A stretch of 64,000 nt of DNA, taken from assembly GCA_020352495.1 (NCBI GenBank), contig CP070677.1, positions 3,059,296 through 3,123,295 on the forward strand, in the 5' to 3' direction. Shown in pieces: positions 30,501 through 38,272 of this stretch. Source of the DNA: Candidatus Latescibacterota bacterium. GTDB taxonomy: Bacteria; Krumholzibacteriota; Krumholzibacteriia; WVZY01. A model generated the notes under the pieces. That model ran no database searches. It saw nothing but the letters and a program-made list of their open reading frames with translations, and had not been told where the DNA came from. The translations under genes and the position numbers were made by a program. How positions within the stretch are numbered: the stretch's first letter is position 1; each line of letters begins with the position of its first letter.

Positions 30501-30642
30501 TGGGCGCGGATCCCGGTCTCATCTTCACGATGACCTGGTTTGGGGCGTGCCCGATGACTTCCTGTGATCCCAAATCCCGGCCTGTCATCGTCAACACTGC
30601 GAAGACACCCATCGCGAGCAGTGATAGACCTATCCGTTTCAT
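24577..30642 (-). CDS. giant (2021 aa) subtilisin-like S8 serine peptidase, multi-domain, T9SS C-terminal sorting domain
   Basis: AGGAGG RBS, signal peptide and I9-like propeptide. Catalytic triad contexts VIDTGVDWTHEDL / HGHGSHVSGTIA / GTSMAAPHVSGAA. An Fn3 domain, repeated Ig-like and flavodoxin-like modules, and the C-terminal sorting domain NYPNPFNPATTIKY...GVYFYRIKAGEYVNTRKMVFLK. Confidence 0.9.
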   Translation of the reverse strand: MKRIGLSLLAMGVFAVLTMTGRDLGSQEVIGHAPNQVIVKMRPGSAPTDKDAVLANLGASVIRHFSLIDAELWQISGLSPEDAVERFSNDPRIEYIEPDYIVYADDLFPDDPEFERLWGLHNTGQTGGTPDADIDAPEAWQIETGDTVLVGVIDTGVDWTHEDLAANMWINPGEIPGNDTDDDGNGYVDDVRGWDFVGNDELPMDDHGHGSHVSGTIAAVGNNGIGVVGVSWSARIMALKFLNSEGQGYTSGAISAVEYATMMGAKLTNNSWGGGGASEALRDAIEASGNAGMLFVASAGNAGRDTDVFPQYPAAYDLENIITVAWTNHNDGLAMNSNYGATTVDLGAPGQGIYSSLPGNTYGYYNGTSMAAPHVSGAASLLWADSPGLGNLEVKELILSSVDSIPDLVGRSVTGGRLNVFGALRALVDTIPPAAVTDLATTAPTSNSITLTWTASGDDGTQWTADSYDIRYSLSPIAGTNFDLATEVPGEPQPSPPGSYETFTVGGLDFDTMYYFALKVIDKRDNVSDVSNSPSGTTLGPPDISVDPLSLEESLLTGGTSTQSLTIRNIGEGTLDFDIADRPWMTAAPPSGTVWTGESATVDVLFDATGLAGGDHEDILVVSSNDPDEPDYPVPVVLHVTAAPDIAVSPIELDFEPTWIGETARDTLVISNLGSDVLNVSSIGLDNAEFGADTGGFVVAPGEFWELEVTFSPVSEGLKLGTLTITSDDPFEPVIDVSLRGIGGTAPVILAYPDAFSADLMTGERSTQILTIENVGGSDLIFSISEGATGVQATDIRIVSFGSRRPGDHLHQSSVPVARGNDLVRQVGTEVRSLKDLVGAAPRGKHQPFSKINVASGQNEQAASLDLGEQVSVLIIESNVDLDAIQIALLAYPQIAVVDIFDGQQLVPSLETLLEYDCVIVCINTPMGSPAAMGDVLADYVDAGGAVVVTEGAFTTHPPFDFALQGRFMDEGYSPFLPGPVVSFSELGVYDPYHPIMNCVEDIVSFTVTEPILAPGAVWVADYEDGEHFIATKGERVAAVNIFLFTGYWIDDVPEVIRNAVLWSTGVGQWNCWVSACPDFDTVPADESLFIEVTFDAGARCVLGGEYDDTLIVSSNDPNQPEVRITLHLSVTPLPDIAVSRDLIDYGSVFVDSVETDTLMITNEGADPLVVSGITVDNTDFVTDPSGFVLAPFETHELEVTFTPSSEGVIEGTLTVSSNDPDEAEVGVQLRGKGVISSDIAVTPGSLSDELFTGETSTHILTIENTGNGDLFFEVFEGEAGLSILGVQTTSSNDYADRPEIKNSANTSQNNFSSHQKARDIPRLTSLAADQSGDAGVKTSAASRPDSRWPILENISTGEQRRVLLLDSGLNDANIQSLLAAFEEIAIVDRFAGEVATPTLETLRDYHCVIVIVNVPFQDPVAIGDVLADYVDIGGAVILTEGAFMVVFGTDYAIHGRFMDEGYTPLEIGIWYMGTGVLGEFDESHPIMQGAEFAYAALLTATSVAPGAEWVASWHNGVPFVATQGAAVVGMNVFLDTSVPSWMGDIPLILRNAVLWSTGERVCWVSPSPTYGMVPPHGTAEVTIGFDASIGCAGGGTYTDILVVRSNDPDELRLTVPVELQVTARRILPLSANWNLVSWNLDTADDATPEVLSGIMDHLTIALGFDGGGLTFDPTIPPQFNTLNTMDHMHGYWLGMSEGDELVVIGDPVPHETPIPLSSGWNLVSYLPDEADSTAHAIGSILANTIVVLGYEGGGLMFDPSIPPEFNSLQLMKPGFGYWVKTTTDCELTYPSSSIHPGGMVTVAQKTEVTQSSGAANVTPTREWIGIWGDGVRVGGELLPVGTVVEAVDNDDVVCGRFTVTTEGKFGLMTVYKDDPQTETDEGPGVGEEITLYLGDYEIPAGVTWTAMGDVIDLGDVVTSTEDPVQSLPKTYALHNNYPNPFNPATTIKYELPTASDVRLVIYNIKGQVVRELVRKWQPAGRYTATWDGTNASGDAVASGVYFYRIKAGEYVNTRKMVFLK
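25765..28710. repeat. diverged internal tandem duplication, 2 x 1473 bp (491 aa) inside the S8 peptidase gene
   Basis: Unit 1 starts at the DIAVSPIELDF codon (28710). Unit 2 starts at DIAVSRDLIDY (27237) and ends at ...VELQVTARR (25765). Each unit holds Ig-like, Ig-like, linker and flavodoxin-like (DYVDAGGAVVVTEGAF / DYVDIGGAVILTEGAF) domains, then an Ig-like SSNDP domain. Confidence 0.7.
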
Positions 30643-31168
30643 GATTCCTCCTGAGTAGTCGGCCGCTCATCTCTCGAGTAGTAGGAGACACAACCAATCG
30701 AATGTTGTGGTGAGTCCTCCTCCGACATCTGCAGGCGGAGCCCGCCAATGGCACTGTTTCCACAGGCCGGAGAGAGAACCAGTCGATTCAATCCTAATTG
30801 TGCAGAATTGCGTGGGGCGACGGTCAGAGGCGGCTGTCGAGAATTGCCGCAACTCGACTCGTCCATTCTCGGTAGAGGTTCGAAGACCACCACAAGCTCC
30901 CGCACTTGTGAGGTGAAATGCAATAACTCACACCGGTCGCTGCCCAAGCCGGTGTGGTTGTGTGAGGCAGGGCTCAATTGTACTCGAAGCACGCACGAAA
31001 GTCAATGGAGCGGAACAAAGACGAAAAGACCGACAGGTGTTACGACCGTATTGTGGAACTTTGTCGTGACCGTCGGTGGACAATCGGGGTAGCCGCCACG
31101 TAGGGTGGTGTTGGCAAATCGGGTGAGGTTCAAATCGAGACGGTTTGTCGGGATCTGGAAAGTTGGCG

Positions 31169-33334
31169 TCACCCGTCCGTTCGCTGGTCTTGCTGTTCCA
31201 TTCCATCAACGAGCGCCCGAAATCTCGGATCGTCTTTTATGGGATCGAAATCGCTGTCGTGCTCGACCCAATCCTTATGGGCAAACCCCGCACCAAACGC
31301 TTTCTCGAGATAACGAACAGCCTCATCGGCATCACCCAACCGGGAGTGAAAACAGGCAACGCCGTACAAAAGATACGGATCTTCGGGATCGATGGCCTCC
31401 GCTCTTCGAACCCATCGACGCGCGCGTTCCGGCTCCCCCAAATCGATGAGCGCAGTGGCCCCGAGGTAAATCGCACGGGAGTCATCCGGGTTGAAATCTA
31501 GGTGCTTCTCGATCGCCTCAAGACTCCGCCGATAGACCTCTTTTGCTTCTTCCATACGTTTCATGGTTCTGTACGTAAATGCTTCGAGCGACGGTGCCTG
31601 ATAGTCCTCCGGGTTGACCTCACCGGCCCGGTGATACATCTCTATTGCTTTCTCGAACTTACCCTGGGCGAAACACGTACGAGCGTAGAAATAATAGCCT
31701 TCGAACAACTTGGGATCGAGCAAGATCGCAATATTGAACTCGCGCTCCGCCTCATCGTATCGTTTGCCGACTGAAAGCGCGAGCCCCCGTGCCGCGTGAG
31801 CTTCGGCGAGTTCGGGGTCGAGCTCAAGAGCCGTCGCGCTCGACTCCTGCGCCTTACTCATGTGTTCTTCACCACCACCGAAATATAGGCATAGATAAGA
31901 ATGACAGTCAGCAAGACCGGCGTGGGCGAGCGCATAGTCGGGATCCGTCTTGATCGCCTTCGAAAACATCTCACACGCAAACTCAATCCCACTCCGCTTG
32001 GATTGATAAAAGAACTTACGGCCACGGAGATAATAGTCGTATGCCTGTACGTTTTTGGTCGGGGCGCGTTCGATCGCCCGTTTCTCCCTTTCCGTGAGCT
32101 GGAGCTTGAGTGCTTGGACAATACTCTCTGCAATCTCTTCTTGGATAACAAAAATGTCTTCCAGTTCGCGGTTGTACTGATCCGACCACAGGTGATAGCC
32201 GTCGGACACATTTATCAGCTGTCCTGTGACCCGTACGCGGTTCTCCACCCTCCTTACGCTGCCTTCGAGCACGGTTTCAACGTTCAGTTTTCGTCCAATC
32301 TCACGGATGTCTTGGTTTTTCTCTTTGAACGAAAAAGATGAGGTCCGCGCGGTCACGCGAAGGTCGTCTACCTTGGCTAAAGCATTGATGATCTCGTCCG
32401 CGATCCCGTCGCAGAAGTAGTCTTGATCCTTGTCAGCGCTCATGTTGACGAATGGCAAGACGGCGATCGACCGTTCCGGCTTCTTTGGAGCAGCGACCTC
32501 AGGCGTCCATCCGGAGTCGGTGACTGTGGCGGGGGCACGGAGATGCTCCAACATTCGACCCACGTCTTGGTAACGGTGGACGCGATCCTTTGTCATTGCC
32601 CTTTCGACAATTCGGCGAACCTCAACGGATATGTCCGGCCGAAGTTCCTCCAGCGGAACGGGATCGCCATGTAGGATCGCATAAACAACGGCTGGGCCGA
32701 AATCACCCTTAAACGGGAGTTCGCCTGTGAGCATCTCGTACAACAAAATACCAAGAGACCAAATGTCTGTCCGGTGATCGATCTTGTCGCCCCGCGCCTG
32801 CTCGGGTGAAAGGTACGAGGCGGTTCCCAGCACCGTACCCGTCCTCGTTACCTCTGTCACTCCAGTCAGCTTCGCCACGCCAAAATCCAGAATTTTCACA
32901 ACGTTGTCTTCCGTTACCATGATGTTCGCCGACTTGATGTCACGGTGAACCATTCCGGCCCGATGAGCTCTGGCAAGCCCCTCCGCGACTTGAATGGCGA
33001 ACCCGATTGCCTCATCTACCGGCATTGGCCCCCTGGCTGTTTTGTCCTTTAGCGTCTCACCACGGTAAAAATCCATACACATGAAAAAGCGACCGTCCGG
33101 GGTTTCGTCTATTTCGTGGATCGTGCAGATGTTGTTGTGCTGAAGTGCCGACGCACCTTGGGCTTCGCGGAGAAACCGCTTCTTCGCGTCCTCGTCTTGG
33201 GTAAGACCGGTTGGGAGAAACTTGAGAGCGACGATTCGTTTGAGTTTGAGATCCTTTGCTCTGTACACGACACCCATCCCACCCTCGCCCAACATTTCAA
33301 GTATTTTGTAGTGCGATATCGTCTGTCCAATCAT
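31169..33334 (-). CDS. Ser/Thr protein kinase with TolB-N-like and TPR domains
   Basis: Trimmed to the ATG at 33334 (GGAG upstream), by analogy with the paralog. MIGQTISHYKILEMLGEGGMGVVYRAKD, HRDIKSAN, DFGVAK. Central SIAVLPFVNMSADKDQDYFCDG module. C-terminal TPR repeats. Confidence 0.85.
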   Translation of the reverse strand: MIGQTISHYKILEMLGEGGMGVVYRAKDLKLKRIVALKFLPTGLTQDEDAKKRFLREAQGASALQHNNICTIHEIDETPDGRFFMCMDFYRGETLKDKTARGPMPVDEAIGFAIQVAEGLARAHRAGMVHRDIKSANIMVTEDNVVKILDFGVAKLTGVTEVTRTGTVLGTASYLSPEQARGDKIDHRTDIWSLGILLYEMLTGELPFKGDFGPAVVYAILHGDPVPLEELRPDISVEVRRIVERAMTKDRVHRYQDVGRMLEHLRAPATVTDSGWTPEVAAPKKPERSIAVLPFVNMSADKDQDYFCDGIADEIINALAKVDDLRVTARTSSFSFKEKNQDIREIGRKLNVETVLEGSVRRVENRVRVTGQLINVSDGYHLWSDQYNRELEDIFVIQEEIAESIVQALKLQLTEREKRAIERAPTKNVQAYDYYLRGRKFFYQSKRSGIEFACEMFSKAIKTDPDYALAHAGLADCHSYLCLYFGGGEEHMSKAQESSATALELDPELAEAHAARGLALSVGKRYDEAEREFNIAILLDPKLFEGYYFYARTCFAQGKFEKAIEMYHRAGEVNPEDYQAPSLEAFTYRTMKRMEEAKEVYRRSLEAIEKHLDFNPDDSRAIYLGATALIDLGEPERARRWVRRAEAIDPEDPYLLYGVACFHSRLGDADEAVRYLEKAFGAGFAHKDWVEHDSDFDPIKDDPRFRALVDGMEQQDQRTDG

Positions 33335-33607
33335 CTCTCGCTCCGTGGGATATCGGACGCGTGACGCCAAGACACGTGGGCTTCGGAAGGTCCCGAGGCT
33401 TCATCTATTTTAACAGGAGACGGATCACTATCAAAGAGGGGATTCCGAAATCTCGCGATATGGTTGTCGGCTCTACCGATAGTCGGCAATCATTGCAGAT
33501 CGTATTTGCTTTCTCGAGAGTTTCAGAGATGCTAGAATTCGACTGTCGAGGCCTGTCGACACCAAATCCGATTTCTGGGTTTAGCCAAAGGACGATGGGA
33601 GAGATCA

Positions 33608-35074
33608 ATGATTGAGGATCAAACACGCGGCGGTTTCTTTCGCGGCTCTTTGAGAAAGGCGATTTTCTCGATCCTGCTGACAGCGATCGTCTTTTCCCTC
33701 AACGCTTGCTCGACCCGAGAGCGCGCCCACGAGGTATATCCGGAAACACATTGGCTCATGTACGAGACGCCCGGTGAGGCGGGATGGTCGTCCGAGAGCC
33801 TGGCGAAGGCAAAGCGTCTGTGGGAAGAGATCGACTCTGACGCCTTTATGGTCGTTCATGATGGCGCGATTCTCGTCGCATGGGGTGAGGTGGGCCGGCG
33901 ATTCATGTGTCACTCGGTTCGAAAAAGCTTTCTCAGCGCGCTCTATGGAATCCATGTCGCCGAGGGAAAGATCGACATTCACAGCACACTCGAGGAACTC
34001 GAAATCGATGACGACCCTCCGTTAACCCGTGACGAGAAACAGGCACAGATCATCCATCTTCTCAAATCCCGATCGGGTGTCTATCACCCCGCCGCCTATG
34101 AGACCCCGGGTATGAAGGATCGCAGACCCGCGCGGGGCAGCAAGAAACCCGGCGACTTCTGGTACTACAACAACTGGGACTTCAACGCACTGTGCACGAT
34201 TTTCGAGCAAGAAACCCAAACCAAGATCTTCGAAGAATTCAAAAGACGTATTGCCGATCCTCTTCAAATGGAGGACTTTCGGCTCATGGATACGTATTAC
34301 CATTTGGAGGACCAGCATTCGATTCATCCCGCCTATCCATTCAAGATGTCCGCGCGCGACATGGCGCGTTTTGGGCTGTTGTTCCTCAGGGATGGCAGAT
34401 GGACCGACCAGCAGATCATTTCCCCGGAGTGGATCAAACAGAGCAGTTACGCATATTCGGGTGTGCCGGATCGAGACGGTTATGGTTACGGGTACATGTG
34501 GTGGATCGTGACGGACAAAGAAGACTCAAAATACGGGATGTACTCCGCATTGGGCGTGGGGCGTCAGATGATCGGGGTTCTCCCGGAGTATGATATTGTG
34601 TTTGTCAACCGAGCCGACACATACTACGGGGAGATGACGGACAGAGATGACCTGGATCGGCTGATGGACGCGATCCTCGAGGCGAGATCATCGGCTCCGA
34701 AGACACGACCAAAATTCGTGCCCTTTGAAATCCCCGAGAAGCCGAGTACAATTCGTGAATCAATGCCATCTCTCGAACACTATGAATCAGACTTCCGGCT
34801 CGACCACGAAGAGATTTTTGTCGAAACGATTCCTTACGTGATTGGGGATATGATCGGAGACACAATTCGCCTGCGAGTGACGGGATCGAATCTATTGGTG
34901 ACCGACAATCTTGGTCAGAGACTGATACTTATTCCTCGCTCGAAAAGAGAATTCGAACTGGAAGACTCACAAATCCCCGTTTTCTTCGAGTTCGACGAAA
35001 AGGATCAGCCCGCGGGTATCATCCTCGATGCGTCCCCCGCGTGGAAGGTTTCAGGACAAATCATCTCACCGTAG
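33608..35074 (+). CDS. serine hydrolase, beta-lactamase/D-aminopeptidase-like lipoprotein
   Basis: Lipobox FSLNAC. SxxK motif (CHSVRKSF). 488 aa with an extra C-terminal domain. Confidence 0.7.
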   Translation: MIEDQTRGGFFRGSLRKAIFSILLTAIVFSLNACSTRERAHEVYPETHWLMYETPGEAGWSSESLAKAKRLWEEIDSDAFMVVHDGAILVAWGEVGRRFMCHSVRKSFLSALYGIHVAEGKIDIHSTLEELEIDDDPPLTRDEKQAQIIHLLKSRSGVYHPAAYETPGMKDRRPARGSKKPGDFWYYNNWDFNALCTIFEQETQTKIFEEFKRRIADPLQMEDFRLMDTYYHLEDQHSIHPAYPFKMSARDMARFGLLFLRDGRWTDQQIISPEWIKQSSYAYSGVPDRDGYGYGYMWWIVTDKEDSKYGMYSALGVGRQMIGVLPEYDIVFVNRADTYYGEMTDRDDLDRLMDAILEARSSAPKTRPKFVPFEIPEKPSTIRESMPSLEHYESDFRLDHEEIFVETIPYVIGDMIGDTIRLRVTGSNLLVTDNLGQRLILIPRSKREFELEDSQIPVFFEFDEKDQPAGIILDASPAWKVSGQIISP

Positions 35075-35087
35075 CTGGCCGCGAAGC

Positions 35088-36914
35088 TCACTCGCCCCCA
35101 AACACCTCATCGGTCGATTCAGCGGTGGCGGCGCGCACCAACCACCTCTCGAGCTCACCGGACTTCTCGTTGTTGAGGATGCGATCCCTTGCCTCGTCAC
35201 CGACTTCGACACCACGCGCATCGAGAAGCGATAGAAGGCTCTCGGCAATCTTCCGCGCTTTTTGTTTTCTCTCTTCTTCGGCTTTTCTCTCGGCTTCGAG
35301 CTTACGGACCCGCAGGTGATCCCCCGTTGCATCGGCCACCTTTTCGTACCACGATTCGGGATAACCGGGGTGTGTGACCTCACCCAGCTCGTTCTTGACG
35401 TTGCCGTCGAGGTATTTGTAGAGCAGGAACTTCCCAAGCTCCCGCCAACGCGTGACCACCGTTTCACCGGCAGTTTTTGTGTAGTCAGTCAGGTAGTCCT
35501 TGGCCAACCGCGGGGATTGTTCGTAAAGAGCAAGAGCACCCGAGTCGATTTCCGATTGGTCAGCAAGGAACTTGCACTCGAGCTCGCTCTGTACGGTCTG
35601 GATGTCCTTGATCATGTCTCTGTAACGAAGGTAGGCGAAATTGGACACGGAGTTGAACACCCAGAAAGCCGACTCCCACGTCACTTCGCGCCAGGATCCC
35701 GTGCCCACGGCGTAGTTGTGGGGCACTTCCCTGACACCACAGTACACCGGAAAGTAGACCGTGCTGTACGTGTCATCGACGCCAAACCAAAGCACACCAC
35801 CGATGGGATCCGGGAGCCACGATCGCGCCTGAGCGACAAAGGAGAAACCCGTTTGTTGTGTCGACGTGGCTCGTTCGTTGAAGTACCGCTCATCACCCGC
35901 CTTCCATGTCAAGGGGCGCCAGCGATAAGGCAGGTCGTAGGGTCCGGCCCCGAGATCCTTCGTCATGTCGAGTTCGGTGCCTTCGAAGTGGTCACGCATA
36001 AATCCCATAACGTCTGCCACGGTCAGCTTCCGGTCGGGTTTGACCCACAGGGGATACGGCTCCGCGCCCTCCTTACCCAACGCTCGATCTGCCGGTAGAT
36101 CGAGCGACGGCGCCGCACGGTTATACATACACCAAACACGCGCATCGCAAAAACGCCGCGCACCAAATCTCGCCGGGCTGTAAGCGTCGGCGAAGCTGAA
36201 GTCCTCGTCGTCCCCCTCGAAGTAACCTTTTTCACGGGCAAAGGAAATCACGTCGGGGGCGTAGAGGGTGTTCTTCCGGTCCTTTAGGGGAAACTGTGTG
36301 ATTCTTGGAGAGTTGGCGTGCGCGCAGATGTAACCGTCCGGCACTCTCCGGGCCACCCATACCGCTCCCTTGTTATCGGGGCCTTTGCCGATCATCTCCA
36401 TGATCCACACCTCGTTGGGATCCGCGATCGAAAAAGACTCACCGGAGCTGTAGTAACCGTGCTCGGCCACCAGATCGGTCATGACCTTGATTGCTTCACG
36501 GGCGGTTTTTGCCCTCTGCAGGGCGATGTACATCAGGCTCCCATAGTCCATGCCCGCTTTGGGATCCCTCAGTTCGCTGCGGCCACCCCATGTCGTCTCA
36601 CCGATGGACACCTGATGCTCGTTCATGTTGCCGGCGACGGAGTATGTCTCGGGTACCTGATCGATCTTGCCCAGGTACTTCCCCGTGTCCCACTCGTAAA
36701 CATCCAATTTGGATCCAACGGGATGTTTGCCGGCCGGGGTGAAATACAGCTCACCGTAGAGCACGTGCGAGTCGGCCGCGTATGTGATCATCGTCGAACC
36801 ATCGGCCGAGGCACCTTTTGAGATCAGAAAATTCGTGCACGCCCACAGGGGTGCTCCCGACAGAGCGATCGCAAGGATCAGGACTGGCAGAATGATCGGA
36901 ATCGCTTTCTTCAT
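35088..36914 (-). CDS. peptidase family C69 dipeptidase, secreted
   Basis: Signal peptide followed by the nucleophile Cys (WACTNFLISKGASADGSTM). 608 aa with a charged coiled-coil-like C-terminal tail. Confidence 0.85.
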   Translation of the reverse strand: MKKAIPIILPVLILAIALSGAPLWACTNFLISKGASADGSTMITYAADSHVLYGELYFTPAGKHPVGSKLDVYEWDTGKYLGKIDQVPETYSVAGNMNEHQVSIGETTWGGRSELRDPKAGMDYGSLMYIALQRAKTAREAIKVMTDLVAEHGYYSSGESFSIADPNEVWIMEMIGKGPDNKGAVWVARRVPDGYICAHANSPRITQFPLKDRKNTLYAPDVISFAREKGYFEGDDEDFSFADAYSPARFGARRFCDARVWCMYNRAAPSLDLPADRALGKEGAEPYPLWVKPDRKLTVADVMGFMRDHFEGTELDMTKDLGAGPYDLPYRWRPLTWKAGDERYFNERATSTQQTGFSFVAQARSWLPDPIGGVLWFGVDDTYSTVYFPVYCGVREVPHNYAVGTGSWREVTWESAFWVFNSVSNFAYLRYRDMIKDIQTVQSELECKFLADQSEIDSGALALYEQSPRLAKDYLTDYTKTAGETVVTRWRELGKFLLYKYLDGNVKNELGEVTHPGYPESWYEKVADATGDHLRVRKLEAERKAEEERKQKARKIAESLLSLLDARGVEVGDEARDRILNNEKSGELERWLVRAATAESTDEVFGGE

Positions 36915-37176
36915 GGTTTGGTGGTACTCCTTTCTAGCGTTTTTGTACGTTGAAATTATGTTGTGGAATCGTCGGGCGCCCCCGAGCCGCCGTTTTTGGC
37001 ACCCGGGCCCGACTTGCCGGTTGGGCTTGAGAGGACCGGCAGTTGATTGTAGCGCGAAAATGGTGCCTGATCAACAACTAACCGTTGCACTGTAAAACGC
37101 GGTTTACAGGTGTATTAACGGCTGAATCGTACTCTGTGTCGCAGGCAGACAAAGATACTCGAGGTGACCAACGCCG

Positions 37177-37371
37177 GTGTTACCGGTTGCCGGGTCTGCT
37201 CTGCACCGTGTATTCGGATTTTTGCGTCAGTTTTATCTGACACTCTCAACGAGTCCGGCAAGACATTCCTCGGCCACCTGGGATGTGGCAAAACACGCAT
37301 CCGGCATCTACTTCTACCGTTTGAAAGCGGGTAGTTTTATCCAGACCAAGAAGATGATTTTGCTGCGATAG
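37177..37371 (+). pseudogene. relic of a T9SS C-terminal sorting domain (orphan, frameshifted)
   Basis: Ends ...ATWDVAKHASGIYFYRLKAGSFIQTKKMILLR, i.e. only the last 30 aa of a sorting domain. An upstream piece (IRIFASVLSDTLNES) reads in another frame. Only 456 bp of space exists, with no gene body, signal peptide or NPFNP motif. Confidence 0.6.
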
Positions 37372-37437
37372 GACAGGTCGCATAACGAATGAGGCTTCTG
37401 TACGCTGAAGTCTCATTTGTTCATCTTCGAGTGAAAA

Positions 37438-37478
37438 GAACCGGCGGGGCCCTTAAAGGCTCCGCCGGTTCTTATTTG
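37438..37478. terminator. bidirectional rho-independent terminator
   Basis: 14-bp stem GAACCGGCGGGGCC / GGCTCCGCCGGTTC (one G.U pair) with a 6-nt loop. TTATTTG follows on the + strand and TTTTCAC on the - strand. It lies between the convergent sorting-domain relic and paralog 1. Confidence 0.7.
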
Positions 37479-37580
37479 TGTCCCGGTGAGTCAATGCCAA
37501 CTGTGCGGATTTGAAAACTGGTGAAAACGTGTGTTACTCGGTTTTAGTCGTCCCTGCCACAAATGATCCGAGTAAATCGT

Positions 37581-38186
37581 TTACTCTGCCTCGTATATCT
37601 CCTTTATCCGACCCCACGTGCTCGGTTCGACGGCCACGCCTGTTAGGTTGACCGAAATCGAATTGTTGTCCTCATCCGCTTCCTCAACCATATTTCCGAG
37701 ATCCAACTCGAACGAGGCAAAATCCTCTCCCGAATAATGAATCGTCTGGGGAGGGGTCAAGTACGATTCCTCACAAACGCAATACCAGGACGGGGGTAAT
37801 GTATCCAAACCGTTCGGGGCACGCGGGACCCACTTGCACTCCCCGTACTCGATTGGAGGTCCTGCTGAATAGACACAGTCACCCTTGCACTCTTCTTCAG
37901 TCTGGAAGTTGTAGCAGTCGTTGGTCGACATTGTGACGTCGATCGGCTCGCCATACACGGGGACCCCGTCGAGAAAGAGCCCAATGTCGCTCACGATAAT
38001 CGTATCCATGAGCATACCATTGAGAATCGAATAGTGGGCGGTGAGCCGGATAGAATCCGGTGCTGGAAAACCAAAGGTGATCGAGTCGGCTCTGATATCG
38101 ACCCAGAAAGCGGGGTCGTCCTGCGCGACTGGCAGATACACGAGAGCAGTCAAAACGGCCAAAACCACTAACAAGACGTACCTCAT
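37581..38186 (-). CDS. small secreted Cys-rich CARDB-like protein, paralog 1
   Basis: 201 aa. Signal peptide MRYVLLVVLAVLTALVYLPVAQ, six Cys, CARDB-like end motif DLGNMVEEADEDNNSISV, C-terminal PSTWGRIKEIYEAE. RBS GGGGGTGA. Confidence 0.8.
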   Translation of the reverse strand: MRYVLLVVLAVLTALVYLPVAQDDPAFWVDIRADSITFGFPAPDSIRLTAHYSILNGMLMDTIIVSDIGLFLDGVPVYGEPIDVTMSTNDCYNFQTEEECKGDCVYSAGPPIEYGECKWVPRAPNGLDTLPPSWYCVCEESYLTPPQTIHYSGEDFASFELDLGNMVEEADEDNNSISVNLTGVAVEPSTWGRIKEIYEAE

Positions 38187-38272
38187 ACGTCACCCCCCCG
38201 TTTAGTGATTCATTGTGGATGGGCCGGTTCGTCCCGGCTGCAAATACGGAGCGCATGTCCCCATGCGCCCCG

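Noticed and set aside
30643-31168. A 525-bp non-coding gap upstream of the S8 peptidase with a CACACCGG-N12-CCGGTGTG hairpin (30929-30956); considered as a possible ncRNA or terminator.
   Set aside because: The hairpin has a long loop and a weak U-tract. No recognisable RNA family motif and no credible small ORF. Left unannotated pending transcript data.
38221-38240. tRNA T-arm-like GGCCGGTTCGTCCCGGC. Also GAGGTTCAAATCGAG at 31127-31141.
   Set aside because: No acceptor, D or anticodon arms can be built around them. The loop lacks the conserved A58 context. No tRNA was called.
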